Positions 25,236 through 38,016 of a DNA stretch of 64,000 nucleotides are shown one piece after another. The notes under the pieces are model-generated. The model searched no databases, had not been told where the DNA came from, and was given only the letters and a program-made list of their open reading frames with translations. Origin of the DNA: Octopus sinensis (lineage: Eukaryota); contig NC_043006.1 of assembly GCF_006345805.1 (NCBI RefSeq), forward strand, positions 37,634,001 to 37,698,000, written 5' to 3'. Every line of letters begins with the position of its first letter. The first letter of the stretch is position 1. The translations under genes and the position numbers were made by a program.

Positions 25236-26367
25236 CGGCCTCATACATATATATATATATATGTGTGTGTGTGGTGTGTGTGTGTGTGTGTGTGTATAAA
25301 TCCTTTGTATCACTGTCTGTTCCCAGTGCATTATCAAACGGCTCAACCAAATCAAATCAAAGTTTACATGGTAATACTATGAGACCTCAAAAGGGTCAAC
25401 ATGTAATTTTGGGGGATTAATTTAGACTGCATACAAAAATATAGACATACTATATACGATACGTTATTAAACAGGCATACACACATACACACACACACAC
25501 ACACAAACACACACATCTACGCATACATACCAGACGACTGACATGCGTGACGTGTCAATACGAAATTTTATTTTCATTTCCTTTAAAACAATACACATTT
25601 ACTGTTCCATTACCAAGTAAATAACTATCGCAGCAGTTGCAAGGTTGGACGGTAAAATATAAAATTCTTTGTCTCTATACATATACTGCTATTTCGCTAA
25701 TTTACACTGCATACAAAAATACAGTCATACTATGTACGTTATTAAACTCACACACACACACACACATCTGCATATGCATATACATACCCGAGGACTTGAT
25801 TTTTTTATTAACCACACAGGGTCGAAATACAGAGGGAACAGCACAAGGTCAGACAAAACACAAAAGTGGGGGGAAAATAAAATCGAATGAAAAGAATGGT
25901 AATAACAAATGAAAAGGAATGACCTCTACTCGAACCCCACACTCCAGTTAACGTCATTGAACGTTTTCAGAAAAATAATTAACACGTGTTATTTTATTTT
26001 TGTCTCTTTCTTCTTGCTCAGGGGACATGCGCGAAGTGTGGTATCCCTAGTGTCAATACGAAATTTTATTTTCATTTCCATTAAAACAATACCCATTTAC
26101 TGTTCCATTACCAGTTAATAATCACCGCAGTAGTTGCAAGGTAAAACATAAAATTCTTTGTCTCTCTGTAATAATTATTGTGGCATTTGCCGTTAAATTA
26201 GCAGTTCCATATATGTGCTATTTCGTTCATTTGCTTATATTTCGTTAATTTACACTGCATACAAAAATATGGACACACTATATACATACAACTGCTTAAA
26301 AAATAGAGGATTGATGTATATTCTTTCTATGTACATACTTTTTTTTGTTTACAATTATTGAAAAACT

Positions 26368-26790
26368 ATGCCACTAAAGAAAAGACACAATCTCTTCAGA
26401 AATACGTATAAAGCGAGGACGATTGCAGAAAATCGAATGCGAGTGTTTCAACAGAGGAGATGAGACTTTCCCAAGATCAGCTAAGGCATGCTGTAATACT
26501 TAATGCCGAGTCATTAGATCAACGTTTAGCACGCCAGATTAGGCAGAGGTCCAATACAATAGCTCTCAAATAGACCACATGCAAATTTGTTCTTCACAAC
26601 ACCAAGAGCTGCTTTCAGATATGATCCATCCCATTCTTATGAAAATGATAATTCTGTACAAATTGGTGTGCTACACTCAAATTGCAATTTCTGCAAAACT
26701 TTCAAATTTCCAAATGAAACTAACGGAATGTGCTGGTCGGGCGGTAGGATAAGATTGCCAGCACTACCAGCTCCTCCTCAACCTTTTTTA
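26368..26790 (+). pseudogene. Helitron RepHel N-terminal remnant (zinc-binding region)
   Basis: AAFRYDPSHSYENDNSVQIGVLHSNCNFCKTFKFPNETNGMCWSGGRIRLPALPAPPQP fits the Helitron motif CxxCxAxKFxxExxGxCCxxGxxxLPxLxxPPxP; frameshifts upstream. Confidence 0.82.
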
Positions 26791-27046
26791 ACAGTTCCGC
26801 CTCTCATTGCAGCCCTTTTTCCCAAATGTACCCATTTACGTACTCTCAAAGGCGACTATATTCACTGACAGCTTTTCGGTGGGTTCAAAAATCATATCCC
26901 CCACCCTCAATTTTCCTTGCTAGGTTAGGGCATGGAATCCTCCAAATAGACCTATTACATGTCGATTAGTCAAATTAGACCATCATTTACTCCACAAATG
27001 TTTTGTCGTCAATGCTGCACTTTCCCATATCACCTGTTTCAACATA

Positions 27047-27389
27047 AAAAGGGGGTAAAGACCCCCTTCGGTCATGAATGACCATGGGATTGCACCTAGA
27101 AAGTTACCCTCCTAGACACAAGTCCGGGCAAAGTTGTTTATGGAAGACCAGCAGTCGCCCATGCATACCAGCCTCCCCTCTCCACGCCACCAGTGTTATC
27201 CAAGGGAAAGACAAAGGTCGATACAGCTTGGCACCAGTGACGTCGCAACTTATTTCTACAGCTGAGTGAACTGGAGCAACGTGAAAATAAAGTGCCTTGC
27301 TCAAGAACACAACACGCAGCCCGGTCCGGGATTCGAGCTCACAACCTCACGATCGTAAGCTCGATGCTCTAACCACTGAGCCATGCGCC
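27047..27389 (-). mobile_element. tRNA-derived SINE, head D plus tail T3
   Basis: Head ggcgcatggctcagtggttagagcatcgagc...gctcgaatcccgg; tail ...catggtcattcatgaccgaagggggtctttacccc. Confidence 0.85.
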
Positions 27390-27789
27390 TAACTGTAATA
27401 TATATATAAACAAACTATACCATTTTTATCCTGAGCAACGCTGGGCATCTCTGCTAGTCTAAGATATAATATTTATAAGATTTTCAAAACAATATGCACG
27501 GGCAATACCCATGCACATTGTTTTGTAAATCTTATGCATATATAAACGAATAAAAATTATATATATAAATAAATAAACATAGAAAAAAGGTGTGTGTTCT
27601 TGCGTGTGTATGTGTGTGCAGATTCCTAAATAAACTATATTGTGTCGCGTCTGCAACGCGACATTTCCGTAACGCGTGGGTTTCCTGTATCATTTTTGGG
27701 ATATCACTCCTATTTTAAGCTCTTGGAATGATTACATTAAATCTATAAGAGTCGGCCCTCCGTCTATATCGAACTTGTTATCTTTCCAT

Positions 27790-28300
27790 AGAATATATTC
27801 AGTCTTTTATTGGTTTTCGTATTGCACACTATTGTCACGTTTGTGCTGATCACTCGGCTGTTTATCTCTATCCTTGATCGAGTTCCAAGTTGTATTTTTA
27901 AAATTATTGCTCCTGTTTTTAGCTGATAAACTTCTCCTGCACATCATCTTTCTCATCACCAGAACATTAGTTCTATATTTATTTTCCATAAATACGTCGA
28001 TGCAGAATTTCCACGTACCTTATCTCAAGATTACTAATCTAATAACTTGATATTCTATTAAATCTCTTCCTTTCTTGCAAGAAGTGTTTCTACTCCAGCG
28101 GTTTTTTTCCTCAAACATCTGTGTTATGGAGCTGTTTTCCGTCTTCTTGTTTCCCAGATAAATATGAGCTTTATTCTTTTATATCTTACGTTGATCGTTT
28201 TATAATTCATAGAGTAGCTTCTCAGATTTTTTCCCTTTCATTTCGTAATTTCTGTCATCCTAAGTGGTTACTTGAGGGTTGTTTTATTGCAAGTTTGATG
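27790..28300 (-). mobile_element. Heavily decayed RTE-like LINE 3' end
   Basis: Scattered ET...HRCLR and IKDRDK motifs resembling the RTE C-terminus; many stops. Confidence 0.35.
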
Positions 28301-28589
28301 CCACCTGAAAGGAGGGATTTCCAATGATATGTTTGTATGTACGTTTTCTTTTGTTTTCGATTATTCAAATTCTTCTGAGGAAGCAGCTGCTTTCTAACCA
28401 AGATACAGAACTCCATCGTTGGAATGTATATAACAAAAACCAGTGTCACATTTTTAACGTGAGAAAAGTCTTGCATATTTTTACTGTCCCACTTGCAGAT
28501 TGCATTTGTAATGTGTAAGCTGGTTGATTTCTTTTTATGAAAACCCAAGCTTATCCAGATTGTCACTTCAGCGTTTACTCAATGTCTGT

Positions 28590-28715
28590 ATGTATGTCAT
28601 TATTCAGTTTTATTTCAAAATTTCTTGCCAATAGAGAAAGAGCCGGTTTCTTACCTAGGATCCAGAGCTCCTTCATTGGAATTTCAACATCAGCAACAGT
28701 ATATCCTTGTATGTC
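28590..28715 (-). mobile_element. Second copy of the (CATA)n-flanked ~115-bp unit
   Basis: attcagttttatttcaaaatttcttgccaatagagaaagagccggtttcttacctaggatccagagctccttcattggaatttc. Confidence 0.7.
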
Positions 28716-29482
28716 ATTCAGTTTGTATGTATGTGCATGGGTGTGTGCGTATGTGCATGGGTGTGCGTGTGTGTGTATGTGTGCATGTATGCATGTATGT
28801 GTCTTATTTTTCCTCTTCATGTTCGTCTATCACTCCGCTCATTTAAGCCTCAACAGGTCAAAATACTGACATCTCCAAATTGAACAATATCATCGTTAGG
28901 TGTCGAAATCGTGATGAATTTCTTTTTTCCCGCTATACTTTTGTCTTCCCCCTGTGCCACATGTCTATTACATATATCTGTCAACCTGTCTGTCTGTCTT
29001 CCTGCCTGTCTACCTGCATATATCTATGTACGTATGTATACATGCATGTATATATGTATGTATGCATGCATATATATGAATCCATTTGGATTCCTATCAG
29101 TATGGTGGTGGAGGCATCCGTAACGGTGGTGGTGGTGGTGGTAGTGACGAATCTCCGTCGGCCAATGACGAGGATTCTGCTACCGAATTAACGTGTAAAG
29201 GCAACGGATACTGGAATTCATCCAAAATGACGTACAATAGGAGTGAACTTGGGACTTGCGGTTTCGAAGTGAAGTTCTTCAGCATGTATGTGCGTGTGTG
29301 CATATGTGCATATACATACATGCAAACGTACAAAGATACATGCATATATGTGTGTGTGTGTGTATGTGTGCTTGTGTCTGTACACATCCAAGGAAAACGT
29401 GATAGATAGGCACTTCTAAACATAAGGAAAAAACGTCGTTTCTGGAATTTGAAAAAATATTTTGAAACGAAATAGCTTATTA

Positions 29483-30405
29483 TATTGGGTCAACCTATAA
29501 ATAATGCGGGTTTTTAATACTTCATCTGTTTTTCAAAATTAAGATAAACAAAGTTCTTTTTTAATCTAAAATATACTCTCCTTCATTTTCTACAATGCTC
29601 TTCCATCTATCTGGTAGACTTGCAAGGCCCCTCTTCCAAAATTCACTTGTCCGTGACGAAAAATACTCCTCCAGTACTGTTCTGACCTCGTCTGCAGAAT
29701 TCATATTTTTTCTGTCCGAATGATTTTGAAGACTGCAGAATAAATGATAACCAGATGGGCCAATATCCGGCGAATATGGTGGGTGGGGTATCGTTTTCCA
29801 TTCAAATTACCCCAGCCTTTGGAATGTCATCCTCGCTGTATGTGGCCGAGCATTATATTGGTGGAAGAACACCTTTTATCTTGAAACCAAAGATGGTTGT
29901 TTTTCTTGTAACGCTGGTGTCGATGAATGGTTGAATGACCAAATCCAAGCCTCTCTGCTAATTCCTCAACAGTTACAATGGAATTTTATTCCACCAGGGT
30001 TTGCAGGATGTTCTCGTCGAGCTCTACAGATCTTCCAGGACGAAGCTCGTCTTCTAGGCTGTAGTTTCCGGCTCGGAATTTCTGTAACCACCGTTGACGC
30101 TGGCTTACGCTTATTGTCTGATCCCCAATATACTGCATTAACATTCTTCATATTTTCTGTTGCGTTGTTACCTTTATTCATTAAGCAAAATATACCGAAT
30201 ATGCTCTTTATGACTTCCATTATAGCTTTGAAAAAATTACTGTTAAAATCGAACTGCACTCTTCAAAACTTGCATTAAGAATAAATACAAGGTAAAATTA
30301 CTACTTTCTGTTCTAGCACGTTGATGCAGGTAGTTTATCCAGTCCCCTTCCGACTTTTAGTTCATACAATTGAAAAATATGCATTATTTATGGGATGACC
30401 CAATA
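29483..30405 (-). mobile_element. Internally deleted mariner, same family as 20570-21826
   Basis: TIRs tattgggtcaacctataaataatgc / gcattatttatgggatgacccaata; ORF 29966-30259 MQFDFNSNFFKAIMEV; roughly 350 bp missing near 29915. Confidence 0.92.
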
Positions 30406-30740
30406 GGACAGAGAAGGAACCCAAACAAATAAACCAACCAATATTTAGGATGCTATACACTATACCACAAGAAACAATAAAAGGTCACCATGAGAATGTA
30501 TCATCAGTTCAGTCAATAAACTCCAACAGCTGATGGCTATAATAGCACTTCCGGATGATCTGTTGACATCAGAATTTATTGAATATAGCTATGCCTTAAA
30601 TGAAAACAAACAAAAGAATGTGCTACCCGTGCTTAAGATCTGCTGAATGAATAGCAAAATAAGTCCAACACTACCACATGCACCTCCATTCCCGTATAAC
30701 TACCATTCCTTTCTCTGTTTCCATCACCTTTCGCTCCTCC

Positions 30741-31033
30741 CAGTGGCGGACTGGCCAAATTGCCAGCTTGCCCGATGGCAAGTGGGCCCCTGCGCCATTA
30801 AAATCCATATATGGGGGCCCATGTTAGTATGTAAGGGGCCCATCCCCTCAAATTTGAGAATTTTTTATTCACTGCTGCAAGAATACATTAGTTATTTTAG
30901 CCTGGCTGTGTTTGGAGACAGTTGAAGAGAATACTTTTAAGAAAAAAGAAAAAATTAAATGATAGAATTGTAGTTGCAGGTGGACCCCCTTAGTCTCCTG
31001 GCAGCCAATATTTTTAGACCCACTCCGCCACTG
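30741..31033. mobile_element. hAT-type MITE (293 bp)
   Basis: TIR cagtggcgga / tccgccactg; perfect 8-bp TSD GCTCCTCC at 30733-30740 and 31034-31041. Confidence 0.92.
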
Positions 31034-31124
31034 GCTCCTCCCCACCAAATGCACACAGAAATACCCCTGTTCATACTGGTAAAAGGGGGTAAATATCCCT
31101 CTGTTGTTCATCCATTAATGCTAT

Positions 31125-31258
31125 ATCGCCTGAAAAAATGAACCTATGAAGATGATCAACTTGATGCCCGCGGGTAGTACTGACTACATTGTAATCATCC
31201 CAGGAATACGGACTGTAACCTTAAGAGACATGTGAATAGTGGAGACGTGCGTAGCGTT
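31125..31258 (+). ncRNA. Decayed second copy of the expanded hammerhead-like motif
   Basis: atcgc-CTGAAAA...~105 nt...GAGA-C-GTGC-GTA-gcgtt; core mutated; flanks homologous to 16440-16650. Confidence 0.45.
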
Positions 31259-31503
31259 GCATTACATGTTTAATAATCCTATCCAAAGATTGTTATTATT
31301 ACTGTTATACTTATCCTACGTTACATCGGTACAGCTCACTGCAACCCCGAATAACTGGTTCACCAGTCAGCATCATTAGACTGTGGCCGACATAATAGAA
31401 TAGGAGACATTTACATATTCAAAACGTTTCCCATAAACAAATTTAAAACATGCGCGCACACACATGCGCGCACACACACATTTATGTATTTTAAATGTAA
31501 TAA

Positions 31504-31894
31504 GCGCAGGAGTGGCTTTGTGGAAAGTAGCTTGTTTACAAACCACATGGTTCCGGTTTCAGTTCTTCTGTGTGGCACCTTGGGCAAGTATCTTCTACAG
31601 CCTCGGGCCGACCAATGCCTTGTGAATGGATTTGGCAGACGGAAACTGAAAGAAGCCCGTCATATATTTGTGTGTGTGTGTGTGTGTGCGCGCGTGCGTC
31701 TGCGTCTGTCATCCCCCCCCCCCGTCATCGCTTGACAACCGATACTGGTGTGTTACGTCTCCGTAAACTAGGGGTTCGGCAAAAGACCCTATAGAATAAG
31801 TACTAGGCTTACAAAGAATGTCTTGGGGTCGATTTGTTCGACTAAAAGGTAGTGCTCCATCATGACCGCAGTCAAATGACAAACAAATAAAAGG
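31504..31894 (+). mobile_element. Full SINE family A (tRNA-like head, internal microsatellite, 3' half)
   Basis: A-box-like tggctttgtgg, B-box-like ggtttcagttc, caccttgggcaagt CORE-like segment, (TG)n linker. Confidence 0.88.
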
Positions 31895-31911
31895 AAATAT
31901 ATATATAAAGG

Positions 31912-32217
31912 AGCACTCCATCGATTACGACGACGAGGGTCCCAGCTGATAGGATCAACGGAACTGCTTGCTTGTGAAATTAACGTGCAAGTGGCTGAGC
32001 ACTCCACAACCCTTAACGTAGTTATCAGGGAGATTCAGCGTAACACAGAGTGTGACAAGGCCGGCCCTTTGAAATACCGGTACTACTCATTTTCGCCAGC
32101 TGAGTGGACTGGAGCAACGTGAAATAAAGTGTCTTGCTCGAGCCCACGCGTCGCCGGGAATTGAACTCACGACCTTACGATCGTGAGCCGAATGCCCTAA
32201 CCACTAAGCCACGCGCC
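31912..32217 (-). mobile_element. tRNA-derived SINE, head D plus tail T1
   Basis: Head as at 27389; tail as at 19120 and 37790. Confidence 0.87.
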
Positions 32218-32715
32218 TTATATATATATACACACATACACACACGTAGGTATTTGTGCATAGGCCTGCTTGACAGTTCATACACAAACGCATGTATGCA
32301 GTACTTATATGCACAAAACAGTAGTAATAAAACATATAGTATTAATACTTATAAAGAATGCAACGAAATATATAGAAATAGGAAATAATAGAAACAAAAC
32401 AATTATGTGTCGTATATTTATAATAAAATATAAAACGTGTTTGTGTGTTACATAAAGATATATATTTATAAATGTTGATAAAGATATACCTGTATAAAGT
32501 GTGATATATAAAAGGATTAAAAAGATTGACATAATATAACACAAAGAGATCAAAAGAGTCGCGTATAAAAATGAAAAGAGATACGAATGGTATAATGAAA
32601 AAGATATGAACATATAATAAAAAGAGATTTATTTAAATACACACAGCAGCAAAAAAATAGTTACGTATCTATGTGAATTATCTCTATAGATTTTAAAACA
32701 TGAATATATCTCTTG

Positions 32716-32785
<70 letters not shown>

Positions 32786-33784
32786 ATGCACAAATACACA
32801 CATTACTAAAAGAAATATGTACAGGTCTGTATAGAAATCTATCTCCCTGAGCAGGATTTGTGTGTGTCGTGTGTGTAGATAAATGGAAATATAGTCAAAA
32901 TTTGAAATCATAATGTATGTGTGTGTGTGTGTGTGTGTGTGATAAAGATGAAAAAATATTACGGTGGATGTAAATGATATCATGTTGATAGAGAAGTTTT
33001 GCAACAGGTTTTATAAGAATTTTGTAAAAACGTTTTGAGAAATCGTTTGCAGACTTACTTTCATTTTTGCCTCTGATAGATGTATATTTATCTAGTTATG
33101 TAATTCATTTGTAGTTGGAGGTGTCTCAAGAGATCTCACTGCTCATGTAGTCATTTTGAGATGATTTCAGAGATTTAATTCAAATGGTTGTGAGAAGTTG
33201 TGAAGCTTCTCTGCTAGGCAGAATCCTATGATATATGTTGTGGTATTTTGAGCGGCGAGCTGGCAGAATCGTTAGCACACCGGGTGTAATGCTTAGCGGT
33301 ATTTCGTCTGCCGCTACGTTCTCAGTTCAAATTCCGCCGAGGTCGACTTTGCCCTTCATCCTTTCGGGGTCGATTAAATAAGTACCAGTTACGCACGTGT
33401 GTGTGTGTGGGGGGGGGTCTGTGTATGCATATGCAGGTGTTCGTTTGTGGGTTTATTCGGGAATATGATGGTGCTCATGAACGAAATACAGGCTTCAACG
33501 TGGTGAACGTAGACCATTTGATATTAATATATTTGTTTATAACTCTCGGAGTTATACACTCATCCATATATATACATATATACCCGCACGCACACACACA
33601 TACACTTTCTCTATCACACACACACACTAAAACTCTTCAAATTAATGTAAAATTGTTTTTATTATATCTAAATATAAAGCAAACATTATGTATGTACACA
33701 CGCTCACACACATATACGTAAATGCATGCAATGACTATCTGATCGAGACACGTTTTTTTTTCTCCTTTTTTCTCTCCCTGTCTT

Positions 33785-33822
33785 TTCTTCTGAAGAAGAA
33801 CGTGTACCCGAAACGTCGAAGG
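33785..33822 (+). ncRNA. Degenerate minimal hammerhead motif (Penelope terminal-repeat type)
   Basis: CTGAAGA-A-gaacgtgtaccc-GAAA-CG-TC; stems I and II largely broken. Confidence 0.4.
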
Positions 33823-34559
33823 CTTTTCCTTTTATTTTTTTCAGAGCGTAAACCTATTACACTCTGTTTTCTATTTACTTCGTCTTCGTTTTTTGGGGTT
33901 TTTTTTTTTTTTTTGCATGTTATAATATTTGCACCAAAACCGATGGGTACAAGTCCGTCCGTGTGTTTGTATGTGTTTGTTTGTTTGTCACTTAATGTGA
34001 TTCACAAGCAGAACTGAAGGCAGAACCTTTGAATTCCAAGTCGAGTCAATTAGATGGGCTTTTACAATTTCCGTTAACTTAATTTTATAAATCTTGAGTC
34101 AACCCGAAATAATGATATAAGACCTATGGCCAAGATATAAGACCTAACACACACGCGCGTGTGTGTGTGTGTGTATAGAGAGAGCGATGTAAATGTCGAT
34201 CGACGAGAATGAGTGCTTAACATGACATTGGTGGATAAAATTAAGTCTACCATTGGTTTCATGTTAAGGAAAATATCTTAACATCTAAATTTTTCGAGCC
34301 GATCCAGATGAAGTGTTTGTTTCCATTTTAGATGAAAACACAAATGTGTGTGTGTATGTATGTATGTATGTATGTATGCATGTATGTAATGCATAGTAAC
34401 AGAAACACAGCCCACCGTCTGGTCTTCTCCCAAAAGGACATAGATATTTCGATTCAGCAGGCCATCAGTAAGCCTTGCAATGGTAGCAAACGTGTAGAAT
34501 CTTTGCTTTATGTGAGTGTATAACAGACAGGACAGCCTGTTCTTGAGGGTCCTCGAAAT

Positions 34560-34990
34560 TGGCATGGATTGATAATCTTTTACCAGACTTTTGAACGATT
34601 ATTACATATTCAGTCTGGTCTCTTAACAACCTGCTTTCGATGCTGTTTCTGTTTGCTGCTCACTACTATTTGCATGAGATAATTGTCTGCATATCCTGTC
34701 CATTTGGTAATGATTATTAATTGGCACCTGAATATTCACCGACTGAAAGCTGGCTCAGTGTATTGTTTTGAAGTAATTTATTCTCTTAAGATACGTTAGC
34801 TAGTCTGTCATCTGTAGCAGTAACAGAATTATATACTCTACGCCTACGTGCATAGTCAGACATTTCCTTCAGATATCTTACCCTGATTTTCTCTGATGCA
34901 GTTGCCTTTCTGTTCCTTTGCTGTTGTCTTTCCTGCCAACCATTCTGTGTAAGTCGCATATTATTTTGGACGATCCACGTTGAATTGAAA
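34560..34990 (-). mobile_element. Possible very old RLE LINE fragment upstream of the zinc knuckle
   Basis: Weak ENKIT...GY...YL...CNNR pattern with many stops. Confidence 0.25.
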
Positions 34991-36679
34991 AATTCTAATG
35001 TGGAAGCAAATAACACAGTATATGTATTATAAATTGTATCGTAATTAATATGCTAAACATTATTAGAGTGGCGAGTCGGCAGAATTGTTAAAGCACTGGG
35101 CAAAATGCTTAGCGTCATTTCGTCTTTACGTTTTGAGTTCAAATTTTGCCGAGATCAACTTTGTCTTTCATCGTTTCGGGGCTGGTAAAATAAGTGCCAG
35201 GGGGTCAATGCAATCGATTTACCTCCTTTCCCGCAATTGCTGGTCCTGTGCCAGAATGTGAAACGAAATATGTTAAAAAGGAATCATCATATTACTAAAC
35301 AATAAAGGCAAAATCGATGCAGGCACAGAAAATAACCCTAAGGTTTCGTTATTTAAAGAATCAAGGGCTACAAGTTTATGTGGAACGGAATGAAACTTGA
35401 ATTGAAAACTTCATATGGAGTTTTGATATAAGAAGATAAAACGTAAAAATTGTTCACAAATTTTCTCTAACTCAAAGAAAATCCTAGTAATCACTTATTT
35501 TCAATAAAAACAAGTGAATGGTGAGTAGATATGGTAGAAAGAGAGAGAGAGAGAGAGAGAGCGTTGCAAAGAAAGAAGTGAAAGTAATAGTGTACTGGGA
35601 AAGATGAAAAGTATTAAATGAATTAACAGGGGAAGAGATACAAATGAAGATTGAGTGAGTGAAAGAGTGAATGAATGAGAGGGAGAAGATAGTGAGTGAA
35701 TGAGAGGGAGAGAGAGAGAAGATAAAGAAGATGGGGAGCAAGACGGTGAAAAGACGATGAAGAGAAAAGGAACAGAAAGAAGAAATGCTAACGGCAACAG
35801 AAGTGATAAACAAATGAGAGCAAGAGAAGAGAGACAAAAGGAGTAAGATGTTAAAAATCGCAGTGAATTAAGATTAGTTTACTGACTGAATTATGCGACT
35901 GAAATCTTCATTAATAAAATAATCGTGAAAAACATGTTTTGCTACAAAACCTGCATTAAAACTGGAATTTTTAAGTATTTTCTAGATTGTGGACTTTAAA
36001 TAATCAAGAGTTACATACACTTAACTAATTAATAAGCAGTTTTCTTTATTATTGTATAGATATGTGTGCAAATAATGATTTGTAATATCAGGTTCTGGTT
36101 TGCGAAGACACGATGAAAGAGTTTTCCAAATACGACATCGCCAGCTGGAAACGTTTTCTAGACGTCTTTCTTTGAATTGCATTCACTGGAAAGGATGCTT
36201 CCGTGAACATGAAAGTTTTTCCTTTGTTACAATGATATTTGGGTGGGAGATTAGGGATTTTGAAACCTTAAAAAAATTAAGTTTGGGGCAAGCTGAATAG
36301 GTATTTTGGTCATTTAGATGCCGGTCGTCAGACTGAAGCGATCATATGCGTTTTTGAATTTATCAACCCACTCCTTCAGACGAATGAGCAAGCGAGGAAT
36401 TGTTATCGACGTAGTACAGGTCAATAACTCAAGTGTTATTAATTAGGCTTTGTGATTTTAAACCTGGACAGATTGTAGAATTCCCCATCGAAGCGATACT
36501 AGATCGCTATCTACACCAGGGTAGCTGGAATGTCGTGGAACATAGCTGCAAAGCATAGAAGAAAAAAGTTATGGGACAAGTACACATCTTTGCTTTAAGC
36601 AAAAAAAAAAAAAACGAACGAACGTGTTGATGTAGCACAATCAATGTATTAAGACGCTCAGCGAAGGAAAAGAGTAGTA

Positions 36680-36714
36680 GTTTTACGTTACGAGCATAGC
36701 TCTTCTTCGGAAAC
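36680..36714 (-). ncRNA. Minimal hammerhead motif with intact stems and two core mutations
   Basis: Minus strand: gttt-CCGAAGA-A-gagc-tat-gctc-GTAA-CG-TA-aaac; stems I and II perfect. Confidence 0.55.
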
Positions 36715-37600
36715 AGGAAAAGCAGGAAAGTCCAAGATGAAGGAGGAAAAAGATCACCGACAATCACGTGCGGTTACATTTTTGAGGTGACCGGAAGTAG
36801 AAGGAATAAACAGAAAGTGCTTTCTAGGACAGGAGTGAGAAAATGGTCAGCGCGTGTGTGTGTGTATTTATGGTAGCGTGTGTTTGTGATAGCGTGTAAG
36901 CGTGTGGTGGTTACTGTGTGTGTGTGTGTCTGCGTGTATGGTAATATATACATATATATATATGTGTATATATAATTTCATATATATGTATATATATTTA
37001 TATAGACAGACATGTATGCATATATGTGTGTGTCGTGTGTGGCTGTCTTTTGTCTGTGTTTGACCAGTGCGTGAGAACCTGCGTTGGTTTGTCTACATCC
37101 CCGTAAATTATCGGTTCGACAAAAGAAACCGATAGAATAAGTACCACAGTTTAAAACAATAAATACGGAGTTGATTTCCTCGGTTGTAAAAAAAAAAAAC
37201 GGCCACTTCAACGTGATACCCCAGCATGGCCGCAGCCAAATGATTGAAACATAGATCAAGGAGAAACAAACACACATACGCACACACACACGCACACACA
37301 TATCTACGTTTCATGTTCTTTTCATTTACAGCACTCCCCTTCATCTCTCTCTTCCATCCCTCTCTCTCTTTCACACATAGCATATCTCACTACCTTTCAT
37401 CTATCATCTCCTTTACACGTCTATCTTTCTCCCAATATTCTGCTCTTTTCTAACCGTTATGTCACGGTCTTTTCCTATCTTTATATCTCTCTATTTCGTT
37501 ATTTTTCCTCACGCCACCAAGTCTCTCTTATTCAATGCCTATCCACATAATACAATATAATATTGTTTCTCATTTACGTACACACACACACACACACACT

Positions 37601-37942
37601 TGGAGGCGCAATGGCCCAGTTTTTAGAGCAGCGGATTCGCAGTCACGGGTTCGCGGTTTCAATTCCCAGACTGGGCGTTGTGAGTGTTTATTGAGCGAAA
37701 ACACCTAAAGCTTCACGAGGGGATGGTGGCGAATCCTGCTGTACTATTTCCCCACAACTTTCTCTCCCTCTTTCTTCCTGTTTCAGTTGTACCTGTATTT
37801 CAAAGGGCCAGCCTTGTCACACTCTGTGTCACGCAGTCTCCCGTGTCTGTGGAGAGCCCAGCCACTTCCACGTTAATTTCACGAGCAAGCTGTTCCGTTG
37901 ATCGGACCAACTGGAACCCTCGTCGTCGTAACCGACAGAGTG
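37601..37942 (+). mobile_element. tRNA-derived SINE, head C plus tail T1
   Basis: tggaggcgcaatggcccag...ccctcgtcgtcgtaaccgacagag. Confidence 0.87.
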
Positions 37943-37982
37943 TCTCTCTCTCTCCTTTTTTCTCTCTCCTTTTTTCTCTCTT

Positions 37983-38016
<34 letters not shown>

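Larger units (their letters stand above)
24993..27457 (+). mobile_element. Non-autonomous Helitron with nested SINEs
   Basis: 5' A|TCTATCTATATA start, degenerate subterminal tandem units, Rep N-terminal remnant, 3' imperfect hairpin cctgagcaacgctggg followed by CTAG|T at 27454-27458; 5' boundary uncertain. Confidence 0.7.

Noticed and set aside
29086-29290. GC-richer stretch with SANDED, LTCKGNGYWNS (sushi-like) and RVKATDTG (cadherin-like) words
   Set aside because: The motifs lie in different frames with stops, are short, and lack convincing splice sites; chance similarity cannot be excluded
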